From contig CAZYNT010000006.1 of the NCBI GenBank assembly GCA_964648205.1, positions 1 through 63,568 on the forward strand: DNA of 63,568 bases, read 5' to 3'. Each line of letters opens with the position of its first letter. Positions within the stretch are counted from its first letter, which is position 1. Under the pieces are notes generated by a model. That model saw only the letters and a list, made by a program, of their open reading frames with translations, was not told the DNA's origin and made no database searches. Positions 56,218 to 63,568 of this stretch are shown piece by piece. The stretch comes from an uncultured Gammaproteobacteria bacterium. GTDB taxonomy: Bacteria > Patescibacteriota > Patescibacteriia > Patescibacteriales > UBA12465. The position numbers were made by a program, and so were the translations under genes.

Positions 56218-57618
56218 TTACTCAATATAAGTAGTGTGAGATTTCCTTTCTTTAACCACCTTAATATTAATTGGCGTGCCAGTAAAGCCATATTTTTCCC
56301 GTAAACGATTTTCCATAAATCGAACATAAGAAAAATGGAGATCGTCATTGGGGCCGATACGAACAATAAAAGCCGGCGGGCTATGTTTTACTTGCCTGAA
56401 TTCATAAATATGAGGAGCTTTCAACCCCTTTCCTTTGGCCGGTTTGTGCAGCTTGACCACATGGCTTAAGAATTTGGCGCACTGGGAATCACTTAGTTGA
56501 AGTTGGCGTTCACTAGCAATGGCCAGTATGAGATCTAAAACCTTATTTACTTTTTCGCCTGTTTTAGCGGAAATAAATTGAAGAGGCGCCCAAGTGGCAA
56601 AAGGCAGCTTATCATAAATTATTTCGGCCCATTTTTTTGTATCACGTGATTCAATCAAGTCCCATTTATTGGCGATAAAAACCAAGCTTTTACGCCTATC
56701 AACTATTTCTTGAATAATCTTAGCATCTTGATGGGTAATCGGTTCGCTGATATCTATAACTAGCAACGCAATATCAGCTTTATCCAGTGAAGATAGAGAT
56801 TTTAAAATGCCGGGCTTTTCTAGACCCTTACTTTTGGTTCCTTGCTTAGAAATTCCGGCCGTATCGACTAATATTATTTTTTTATCTTTATAAATAAAAT
56901 CCGTATCTTGCGGTTCGCGAGTGGTGTGGGCTATCGGGCTGACAATTACACGCTCATATCCTAAGATAGAATTAAGTAATGATGATTTGCCGACATTCGG
57001 TTTTCCGATAATACAGGCGGCAACGTTTTCGCTATCTTTATTTTCCGAATTTTTTTTATTTTTTCTAGATTTATCAATTTTTTCAATAATAATGTCCAAC
57101 AAGTCCCCTGTCCCCATGCTGCTAGCGGCAGAAACAGCGATTGGTTCGCCGAAATTCAGCTTGTTAAATTGAGCCGCTTCGGAGGCGGCTCGAAAATTAT
57201 CAACTTTATTGGCAATTAATATTACCTTTTGGCTATACGCCGCATTTTTCTTTAAGGCCGCGGCGATTTCTTTATCTTCGGGGAGCAGCCCGGCCTTGGT
57301 ATCGACTAGAAATAGAATTAAATCAGCTTGGTCCAAATAAGAGCGGGCCTGTTTTTGCGTTTGAGTATCAATGTCATTACTGGCAACTTTTTTAGTTAAA
57401 AGATAGCGCCAGTCTATAATTCCGGCTGTATCAACTATTTCAAAGGCACTGTTATCCCATTCCACGATTCCTAAATTACCGTCCCGCGTAGTTCCGGCGA
57501 TATCAGAAACTAAGGCCTGTTTTTTGCCGATTAAACAATTAAAAAGTGTTGATTTGCCAACGTTGGTTCGTCCGCAGATGGCAACCAGAGGCAGATTGTT
57601 TTTTTCTTTACGGATCAT
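56218..57618 (-). CDS. der: ribosome-biogenesis GTPase Der (EngA), two G domains plus KH
   Basis: GRTNVGKSTLFN, GKPNVGKSSLLN, NKVD and NKWD. I prefer the ATG at 57618, which lies 1 nt after the upstream LCP stop. Confidence 0.93.
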   Translation of the reverse strand: MIRKEKNNLPLVAICGRTNVGKSTLFNCLIGKKQALVSDIAGTTRDGNLGIVEWDNSAFEIVDTAGIIDWRYLLTKKVASNDIDTQTQKQARSYLDQADLILFLVDTKAGLLPEDKEIAAALKKNAAYSQKVILIANKVDNFRAASEAAQFNKLNFGEPIAVSAASSMGTGDLLDIIIEKIDKSRKNKKNSENKDSENVAACIIGKPNVGKSSLLNSILGYERVIVSPIAHTTREPQDTDFIYKDKKIILVDTAGISKQGTKSKGLEKPGILKSLSSLDKADIALLVIDISEPITHQDAKIIQEIVDRRKSLVFIANKWDLIESRDTKKWAEIIYDKLPFATWAPLQFISAKTGEKVNKVLDLILAIASERQLQLSDSQCAKFLSHVVKLHKPAKGKGLKAPHIYEFRQVKHSPPAFIVRIGPNDDLHFSYVRFMENRLREKYGFTGTPINIKVVKERKSHTTYIE

Positions 57619-57619
57619 A

Positions 57620-59080
57620 TTAATATTGTTTATCAGCATCTGTCCCCAAGATAAGTAAAAAGTCAGATTTATTTTCTCCGGTTTTGTATTGCTCTAACCA
57701 GCTTGGCGAATTGAAAGCCTGGGTTGCGCCGGTCATTTTTTTTAAAGCGATTAAAGAATCGTTTTTCTGTCCAAAACTCAAATCATAAATTACAGTTTGT
57801 TCGTAATTTCTTTCGATCGCGTTGCCGGTTCCGACCACCTTGAACTGGTATTTTTCCAAGGTGCTTGAAGTTTTTCCGGCAAGACCCGTAATCCAAGTAC
57901 CATTAGCAATAAACACTCGGGCATTATCAGTAATCGGCTCTATCACTCCTTGGGTTGGAATAGCTGAGTTCTCTGATTCGAAGATGTTTTGCACCATATT
58001 CTTAATTTCGGAAAAGTTTCCAGAACGAGGAGTTAGGATATAAGCGCCATCTTGCCCTTTGCCTGAGACCAAAAGTCCATCCGGAGCATCGCTTAGAACC
58101 TTATTGATAATTTGTTCTCTTTGTACATCTTTGGAAAAATCCCAAATTCGCAGCAACTCCCAGGCGCTCAAGTTGGTAGAAACATCCTTATTGAATTCGC
58201 TGATTAGTTTTGTCAAAACAACGGGGTTTAATAATGTCTGGCGAGATAACAGTTTTTCTTTAACCGCTTCAAGCAGCAATTGCTGGCGTCGGGCGCGAGC
58301 AAAATCAGAACCTTCTGATCCAAGAGCGTGTCTGCTCCGAGCGTATTTTAAAGCCAGCTCTCCATCCATTTTTTGTAAGCCAGCATCAAAGTGCAAGTGT
58401 TCAAAACGGGCATAATAATTCGGGTTATCTTCTTGTCCGTTGATTGGGTATGTGTAATCATCAAAAGAATTTTCAACATCAATTTCTACGCCGCCAATTT
58501 CGTCGATAATTCGTTCAAAGCCGGCAAAATCAACCCTGATATAATAAGTGATTGGTATTTGTAGGAGCTCGTCGATAGCCTTGGTTGTAGCCGTGCCTCC
58601 GGAGCCGGGATTTTGCTGCTCGGCGTAAGCATTAACGCTGTTTATTTTCCGCCAGCCGCTGACGGGGGCGGTTAAATCTCGCGGGATAGAGATGAGGGCG
58701 ACTTGCTTCGTCGACGGCTTAAGACTGGCGAGCATAATAGTATCAGTCAAATAAGCGCCGTCGTGCCCTTCTCCGCCCATGCCCAATAATAAGACATTTA
58801 TACGGTCGCTCTCCTCGCCGATTAACTGTTTATCAGCAATCGGCACGAGATGCCGTAATTTATTTAAAAAGTTAACGCCTGGTATCCAGCTGGTGGCGTT
58901 TTGGCTGGACATTAATATTTTTCCGGAAAAAACTAAAGCGATAACTAAAATTGCGATTATATAAGTGGTGATTCTCCTTCGCTTCCGACCGTTAAGCAAT
59001 TGTGCATCTCCGGGCTGGTAGTTACCATTTTTTCTTTCTAGTTTTTCTGCTTCTTGCATTTTTTGCTTAAAGTCGATCAT
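57620..59080 (-). CDS. LytR-CpsA-Psr (LCP) family cell-envelope phosphotransferase
   Basis: TM anchor followed by INVLLLGMGGEGHDGAYLTDTIMLASL and LKYARSRH. Confidence 0.88.
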   Translation of the reverse strand: MIDFKQKMQEAEKLERKNGNYQPGDAQLLNGRKRRRITTYIIAILVIALVFSGKILMSSQNATSWIPGVNFLNKLRHLVPIADKQLIGEESDRINVLLLGMGGEGHDGAYLTDTIMLASLKPSTKQVALISIPRDLTAPVSGWRKINSVNAYAEQQNPGSGGTATTKAIDELLQIPITYYIRVDFAGFERIIDEIGGVEIDVENSFDDYTYPINGQEDNPNYYARFEHLHFDAGLQKMDGELALKYARSRHALGSEGSDFARARRQQLLLEAVKEKLLSRQTLLNPVVLTKLISEFNKDVSTNLSAWELLRIWDFSKDVQREQIINKVLSDAPDGLLVSGKGQDGAYILTPRSGNFSEIKNMVQNIFESENSAIPTQGVIEPITDNARVFIANGTWITGLAGKTSSTLEKYQFKVVGTGNAIERNYEQTVIYDLSFGQKNDSLIALKKMTGATQAFNSPSWLEQYKTGENKSDFLLILGTDADKQY

Positions 59081-59217
59081 AAATAATAAAAAAATTCTAT
59101 CAGTATGAAGAATTATTCTCGAGGTTATTTCTAGGTATTATTATAGTCGTCAGAGGGGCTTTTGTCAAAGCAAAAAAATGCTAGCAAAAGTCACTTGGGA
59201 GCGCATTTTATTTTTTG

Positions 59218-59288
59218 TCGGGCTGCCGGGAATTGAACCCGGATTACACGCACCCGAAGCGTGCGTAATACCGTTATACCACAGCCCG
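59218..59288 (-). tRNA. tRNA-Pro(CGG)
   Basis: Reverse complement CGGGCTG...CACGC-TTCGGGT-GCGTG...CCGGGTTCAATTCCCGG-CAGCCCG-A. The D arm is short. Confidence 0.85.
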
Positions 59289-59300
59289 TAATATTTCCAG

Positions 59301-59373
59301 TGGACTTGAGGGGACTCGAACCCCTTACCTCTGCAATGCGAATGCAGCGCTCTACCAGATGAGCTACAAGCCC
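59301..59373 (-). tRNA. tRNA-Ala(CGC)
   Basis: Reverse complement GGGCTTG...CTGCA-TTCGCAT-TGCAG...GGGGTTCGAGTCCCC-TCAAGTCC-A. The G3:U70 identity pair is present. Confidence 0.9.
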
Positions 59374-59384
59374 ATAACTTTCTG

Positions 59385-59455
59385 TCGGGGTGCCGGGAAT
59401 TGAACCCGGGCTACATGCACCCCATGCATGCGTACTACCGTTATACTACACCCCG
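59385..59455 (-). tRNA. tRNA-Pro(GGG)
   Basis: Reverse complement CGGGGTG...CATGC-ATGGGGT-GCATG...CCGGGTTCAATTCCCGG-CACCCCG-A. Confidence 0.85.
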
Positions 59456-59593
59456 CTTAATAAAAACAGGTTTAAAGCAAACCTGTACCCATCTTAACAC
59501 AAAGTCCCGATTTTTCAAGTCGGCCTTTCCTCGCCCGTCTTATTTGCTAAAAATACCCGATTAAATTACAATATTAATAGTAAAAATAACTAT

Positions 59594-60583
59594 ATGACTA
59601 CGCAAAAGACCATTTTTTCTGGCATCCAGCCGAGCGGCCGCCTAAACATCGGCAATTATATAGGGGCAATTTCTCAATGGGTCGCGATGCAAAAAGAATA
59701 TAATTGTATATTTTCAGTTGTCGACTATCATGCGATAACCGTTAAGCAAGATCCGGATGAACTTCGCCGGCGAATAATTGAAGTAACTAAGATTTATTTA
59801 GCGGCCGGGATTGACCCCAAAAAATCAATTATTTTCCAGCAATCATCCATATCCGCCCACACTGAACTAGCCTGGATCCTTAATTGTTATGGTTCGTATA
59901 TTTCTGATTTGAATAAGATGACGCAATTTAAAGATAAGGCCGGGAAGAATCAGGAAGCGGTTAGCGTCGGTTTGTACGACTATCCGGTCCTAATGGCCGC
60001 CGATATATTAATGTATGATACAGATGTTGTCCCGGTAGGCGAAGACCAAAGACAACACGTAGAGCTGGCTCGGGATATCGCCAAAAGATTCAATAACCAG
60101 TTTGGTAATATTTTTAAAATTCCCCAAGCAGTTATCCGTAAAGAAGGAGCGCGCATTATGTCCCTGCTTGATCCGGAGAAAAAAATGAGTAAAAGCGACA
60201 GCAATCAAAATAATTGCCTCGCCCTATTGGATGACATAGAGAGAGTCAAGAAAAAAATTTCTCGAGCCGTTACCGACTCCGACTCTGATATTGATTATGA
60301 TCCGATTAATCGTCCGGGCATTTCTAATCTTTTGACTATTTATGCGCAATTGGGTAACCGGGAAGTCCCTCGCCTGGTTAAAGATTATAAAGGCAAGGGT
60401 TACGGTGACTTTAAAAAAGACTTGATAGATGTCGTCGTTAAATTTCTGGAGGATTTTCAAAAGAAATATCAGAGCATTTCCGATAAAGAAGTCATTAAAA
60501 TTCTTGAAGATGGCCATAAGCGCGTTGAAAAAATGGCGGACGAAAAGATGGAAAGAGTCCGCCGAGCTATCGGCATTAGATAA
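59594..60583 (+). CDS. trpS: tryptophan--tRNA ligase
   Basis: FSGIQPSGRLNIGNY and KMSKS. Confidence 0.96.
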   Translation: MTTQKTIFSGIQPSGRLNIGNYIGAISQWVAMQKEYNCIFSVVDYHAITVKQDPDELRRRIIEVTKIYLAAGIDPKKSIIFQQSSISAHTELAWILNCYGSYISDLNKMTQFKDKAGKNQEAVSVGLYDYPVLMAADILMYDTDVVPVGEDQRQHVELARDIAKRFNNQFGNIFKIPQAVIRKEGARIMSLLDPEKKMSKSDSNQNNCLALLDDIERVKKKISRAVTDSDSDIDYDPINRPGISNLLTIYAQLGNREVPRLVKDYKGKGYGDFKKDLIDVVVKFLEDFQKKYQSISDKEVIKILEDGHKRVEKMADEKMERVRRAIGIR

Positions 60584-60605
60584 TTTATAAATTAAATCTA
60601 ATTAT

Positions 60606-60929
60606 ATGGATCACAAAAATGTGACAACAGCCTTTGAATTGCCTAATGTAAAGATTGTTAAAAACTTGGGAGTTGTGAAAGGGATTATTGTTCGCTCCCG
60701 ATCTATTTTTGGCTCAATCGGCGGGTCTCTCCAAACTTTGGTCGGCGGCAACATCTCTTTATTCACCGAACTCTGCGAACGCACGCGTGAGGACGCCTAC
60801 AATTTAATGATCAAGCATGCGGAGGAGTTGGGCGCTAATGCGATTATAAGCGTTCGTTATGATGCGACCGAACTTATGGGCGGAGTAACCGAGGTTCTCT
60901 GCTATGGAACGGCAGTTGTTATTGAATAA
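60606..60929 (+). CDS. YbjQ-family (UPF0145) protein
   Basis: 107 aa. ...[32 protein letters not shown]. Confidence 0.85.
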   Translation: MDHKNVTTAFELPNVKIVKNLGVVKGIIVRSRSIFGSIGGSLQTLVGGNISLFTELCERTREDAYNLMIKHAEELGANAIISVRYDATELMGGVTEVLCYGTAVVIE

Positions 60930-60952
60930 ATTAAAGAGAAACAGTTAATAAG

Positions 60953-60978
60953 AAAGACCAGTTTTTGACTGGTCTTTT
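60953..60978 (+). terminator. rho-independent terminator after the ybjQ-like gene
   Basis: AGACCAGT-TTTTG-ACTGGTCT followed by TTTT. Confidence 0.8.
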
Positions 60979-60984
60979 AGTAAT

Positions 60985-61016
60985 AAAAAGGGTCGCTGCA
61001 TAAAGCACAGCGACCC
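60985..61016 (-). terminator. rho-independent terminator of the 62131-61022 operon
   Basis: The minus strand reads GGGTCGCTG-(9 nt)-CAGCGACCC followed by TTTTT. Confidence 0.8.
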
Positions 61017-61021
61017 GCGGG

Positions 61022-62059
61022 TTAAAAGGTATAGGCGAGAACAATATATCCGTAAAATTTGGCGGATAATTGTTCATAGCGGAGCTCGGCGCTGGCCTTG
61101 AAATTTTTGAGTTTAAACTCTTTATAATATTCAAGGATAAGGCCGACTCTTTCAGATTTGAAGTTTTCGTTATTGATGCCAACCGCTACTTGGCCGTATT
61201 GGCCGAATTGGCGGCCGACAGAAATCTCATAGGTTTCCAGTTTTCCTACCCGTTTGCCGTCAAGCTTCAGAGCATATTTCCCTTTGGTGCTCATCGGGCT
61301 AAAGTGCTTATAGAAGAATGGCGGAACAATCAAATAGCTGGCAGCGACAATATAATTGTCTTGCGCAAAGAAATTTTGATTGACGCTTTGAAAACCGAAT
61401 TGAGAACGAAACCAGAAATTTCCGTTGTCGCGGTCATAGTTGAAGAAACTGAAGTTTCCGAAGTTGGCGTATTTTTTCGTCCCGAAGAGAAGCCAATTGC
61501 GGCTAATTTCATTACCTGTGGCAATGAAAAGGTGTTTGGGGTGATAAGCGACCCAGCCGTAAAGTTTCTTTTGTGATGGCGCGAAGAGTGGGTCGGGAGA
61601 CAGGATTCCCCCTTCAACCGTAAATAGATGGTGGGCTGCCCGGCTGACAATAAAGTCCCAGGGTTTGGTTTCAACGCCGATAGCCCGGCCAATTTCCAAG
61701 GTTATATTAACTGATCCGATTTTCTTTGTCGCCAATAAATCAAGGATGGTCTGGTCGCTTTTATTCCAGTCGCCCAGCTTGATTATTGAGACGTCGAGGC
61801 TAAAAGTTTTTTTATCGATTATTTTCGGAAAGCAAATTCCAAATACATCGTTAACCGGCTTCCCGCTGGTTAAATCCACTTTATAGTCATATTTTAAACT
61901 GAAGGTAGGGTTTGTGATTTCCAATCTGTTTAAGGGAATTCCACCTTGCAGCTTATCGTAACAAAGAGTCGTTTCGATAGATAGTTTCGTTTGGGCCTCT
62001 AAGTTCAGAGCTTGTCCAAACATGAAGATGATACTTATAATTAAAACATTTGTTCTCAT
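61022..62059 (-). CDS. secreted protein with outer-membrane beta-barrel-like features, 345 aa
   Basis: Signal-peptide-like N-terminus MRTNVLIISIIFMFGQALNLEAQ, alternating hydrophobic/polar strands throughout, and a C-terminus ...FYGYIVLAYTF ending in an aromatic-x-Phe beta-signal-like motif. No Shine-Dalgarno is visible. Confidence 0.5.
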   Translation of the reverse strand: MRTNVLIISIIFMFGQALNLEAQTKLSIETTLCYDKLQGGIPLNRLEITNPTFSLKYDYKVDLTSGKPVNDVFGICFPKIIDKKTFSLDVSIIKLGDWNKSDQTILDLLATKKIGSVNITLEIGRAIGVETKPWDFIVSRAAHHLFTVEGGILSPDPLFAPSQKKLYGWVAYHPKHLFIATGNEISRNWLLFGTKKYANFGNFSFFNYDRDNGNFWFRSQFGFQSVNQNFFAQDNYIVAASYLIVPPFFYKHFSPMSTKGKYALKLDGKRVGKLETYEISVGRQFGQYGQVAVGINNENFKSERVGLILEYYKEFKLKNFKASAELRYEQLSAKFYGYIVLAYTF

Positions 62060-62130
62060 TTCTTGCTTTTTTGCTTTTAATTTTGGTTTATTGCGACGCG
62101 TACTTTCGGTAGGCTGCGCCGAAACCTAGA

Positions 62131-63264
62131 TTAAAAGCAAAAGCAAGGAATATGCTTAATTTTAAGTATTACCTCTTGAGGGTGGAACTTCTTGACCCAA
62201 ATCTTTAATATAACAGGAATAAGATTTTTGGGATCGAATGAATAAAAGAAGAAATCTAACATGCCAAAAAATGATGAAGGCGCGCTATGATTATCATCTT
62301 GATGTTCATGTGTGATATTAGCGTTTCCCGGCGGGGCGTTAACCTGGGTCGTCAGTATTGTTGTAAATATGTTTGTTTTTGTATTTTCCGATTTATCTTG
62401 TGAAAAGGAAAATTTTGGAACGGCGGTAAACAAAATAGTTACAACCAGCGAAGAGATAAGGATACCCTGCGGCTTTAACCCTTGGTTGCCTAAATAGCCG
62501 CGCCAATCAGTTAGAGTAAGGCCGCGACTAGTAGCAAAGCGACGAATATCTTCCAGCTCATTTTTAGAGAGCATGGAGAACATTTTCTTCTTTGTCCGCC
62601 GCAATTCGGCTTCGGCCATGAAATAACGGCTTTTTTCCGATAAAGCTTCGCGGATAACCAAGGTGATAATAATCGGATAGAAGATTAGAGCCAGCACAAA
62701 GCTTAGTGGGTTAGAAATTTTAAAGTTTTTCTTTTCTTGATACCACCAAACCAGGAATAGTAAGAAAGCCAGGGGAAGATTGATAAGATAGAAATGCCAT
62801 AACCAATTGCGTAAATTTGGCCAAAAAGTTTTTTCTTGCATATCGCGTTTCAATTCTTCGCGCGCGATGCTTCCTGGGTCTATCCTTTCCTTATACTTAG
62901 TTCTAGCGGCCGTGATATCGTAGTCAGAAAACAATCCTTTTCTCATGTTTTCTTGCTCCAATATCAATAGCCGGTTCATTAAGATATGACGGCTCATTGT
63001 GCCCTTTAGCGTTTGTTCTAGCTTCTCGATCTCATAGAGATCGTTGAAGTAATCATAGGGCGAGTATTTGTCGCCCTTCTTTTCTGCTATTTTAATTTTT
63101 TCGTCTATAAAATTAGCTAACTTTTCCTGCCCCTTTGCGTTGAAGGGCTCCGTTTTTCCCATTTCTTCAAAGAATTTGGAAAAATCAAGATTGAGGAAGC
63201 CGATATTATAAAGGAAAAGTATGGGTAGCAGAATCTTCACAGAGACTACAAATACTTTTTTCAT
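62131..63264 (-). CDS. polytopic membrane protein, 377 aa, uncharacterised
   Basis: N-terminal hydrophobic segment, a charged helical region of about 130 aa, then 3-4 TM helices (WLWHFYLINLPLAFLLFLVWWY etc.). It is the first gene of a two-gene operon. Confidence 0.55.
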   Translation of the reverse strand: MKKVFVVSVKILLPILFLYNIGFLNLDFSKFFEEMGKTEPFNAKGQEKLANFIDEKIKIAEKKGDKYSPYDYFNDLYEIEKLEQTLKGTMSRHILMNRLLILEQENMRKGLFSDYDITAARTKYKERIDPGSIAREELKRDMQEKTFWPNLRNWLWHFYLINLPLAFLLFLVWWYQEKKNFKISNPLSFVLALIFYPIIITLVIREALSEKSRYFMAEAELRRTKKKMFSMLSKNELEDIRRFATSRGLTLTDWRGYLGNQGLKPQGILISSLVVTILFTAVPKFSFSQDKSENTKTNIFTTILTTQVNAPPGNANITHEHQDDNHSAPSSFFGMLDFFFYSFDPKNLIPVILKIWVKKFHPQEVILKIKHIPCFCF

Positions 63265-63347
63265 GATTTACCTTTTGTTTTTAAATGTTAAAGTTCTGGT
63301 TATTTTGGCTAATGTAAAATAATTTACTATTAACTTAATAACTGTAT

Positions 63348-63376
63348 ATTATATAACAAATTATTAATTTTGTCAA
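63348..63376 (-). promoter_or_regulatory. consensus sigma70-type promoter TTGACA-N17-TATAAT (minus strand)
   Basis: -35 at 63376-63371 and -10 at 63353-63348, about 85 nt upstream of the 377-aa gene's ATG. Confidence 0.6.
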
Positions 63377-63383
63377 TATAAAC

Positions 63384-63410
63384 AAAAAACAGCTAATAAT
63401 AGCTGTTTTT
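63384..63410. terminator. bidirectional terminator about 110 nt downstream of the 16S 3' end
   Basis: AAAAAACAGCTA-ATAA-TAGCTGTTTTT. Confidence 0.75.
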
Positions 63411-63520
63411 ATGTATCATGATAATGAATTATGAGTCTAATTGGCACCAATTCGGCCACTCTAACTAAGTTAGAGGCGACTAACTCTTCTTTCCACGTGG
63501 AAAAGAAGAATTTTCTCCCT

Positions 63521-63568
63521 AGAAAGGAGGTGATCCATCCACAGCTTCCGCTACGGATGCCTTGTTAC
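63521..63568 (-). rRNA. rrs: 16S rRNA, last 48 nt (gene continues beyond the window)
   Basis: Reverse complement GTAACAAGGCATCCGTAGCGGAAGCTGTGGATGGATCACCTCCTTTCT, which corresponds to helix 45 plus the anti-Shine-Dalgarno tail. Confidence 0.9.

Noticed and set aside
59218-59455. The tRNA-Pro(CGG)/tRNA-Ala(CGC)/tRNA-Pro(GGG) cluster as a possible repeat-mediated rearrangement.
   Set aside because: The two Pro genes are ordinary paralogous isoacceptors with different anticodons and diverged stems. There is nothing unusual beyond the clustering.
1-63568. CRISPR arrays, IS elements or transposases, integrases and reverse transcriptases (DGR or retron).
   Set aside because: I saw no regularly spaced direct repeats and no ORFs with the corresponding catalytic motifs in the window.

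Overview
This is a 63.6-kb, gene-dense bacterial chromosome segment. It holds about 60 CDS, 10 tRNAs, a tmRNA and the last 48 nt of a 16S rRNA gene. It uses the standard genetic code: TAA, TAG and TGA all terminate confident genes. The gene content suggests a small-genome monoderm of the CPR/Patescibacteria type. This is an inference, based on a membrane pyrophosphatase, LCP-family and VanW proteins, PBP1A, a small T4SS-pilin-like protein, a bacterial Elp3, tRNA-Ile(UAU), and a 16S gene with a divergent 3' tail and its own terminator. The replication-origin neighbourhood is present at 36.7-41.3 kb (dnaN-dnaA divergent from rpmH-rnpA-yidD-yidC). Most of the window is housekeeping: smpB/ssrA, tig, hppA, nusA, gdh, trxA, recQ, folD, glyA, glmS, pgm, glgP-like, valS, pheST, topA, dprA, pth, der and trpS. 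Four accessory pockets stand out. (1) The AT-rich left edge (1-2390) lies next to tRNA-Gly/tRNA-Leu/tmRNA. It carries a HigB/RelE-like toxin, an XRE antitoxin and two orphan genes, one with a HEPN-like R-x5-H motif, all behind one consensus promoter overlapped by a perfect palindrome. This is my best candidate for an undescribed TA-linked or abortive-infection-type module, but no function is proven from sequence. (2) At 20.0-21.6 kb there is a stop-poor, apparently GC-richer orphan gene, a 280-bp AT-rich spacer and a stand-alone NYN-domain gene. (3) At 30.7-32.9 kb there is a zinc-ribbon NUDIX gene, a GNAT gene with one in-frame amber codon, and a 21-bp att-like direct repeat of the tRNA-His 3' end bracketing a 198-bp GC-rich insert. 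(4) At 61.0-63.4 kb there is a two-gene operon encoding an outer-membrane-beta-barrel-like protein and a polytopic membrane protein, which is unexpected in a presumed monoderm. No CRISPR array, transposase, integrase or reverse transcriptase was seen. All family assignments come from reading the translations by eye and need database confirmation.
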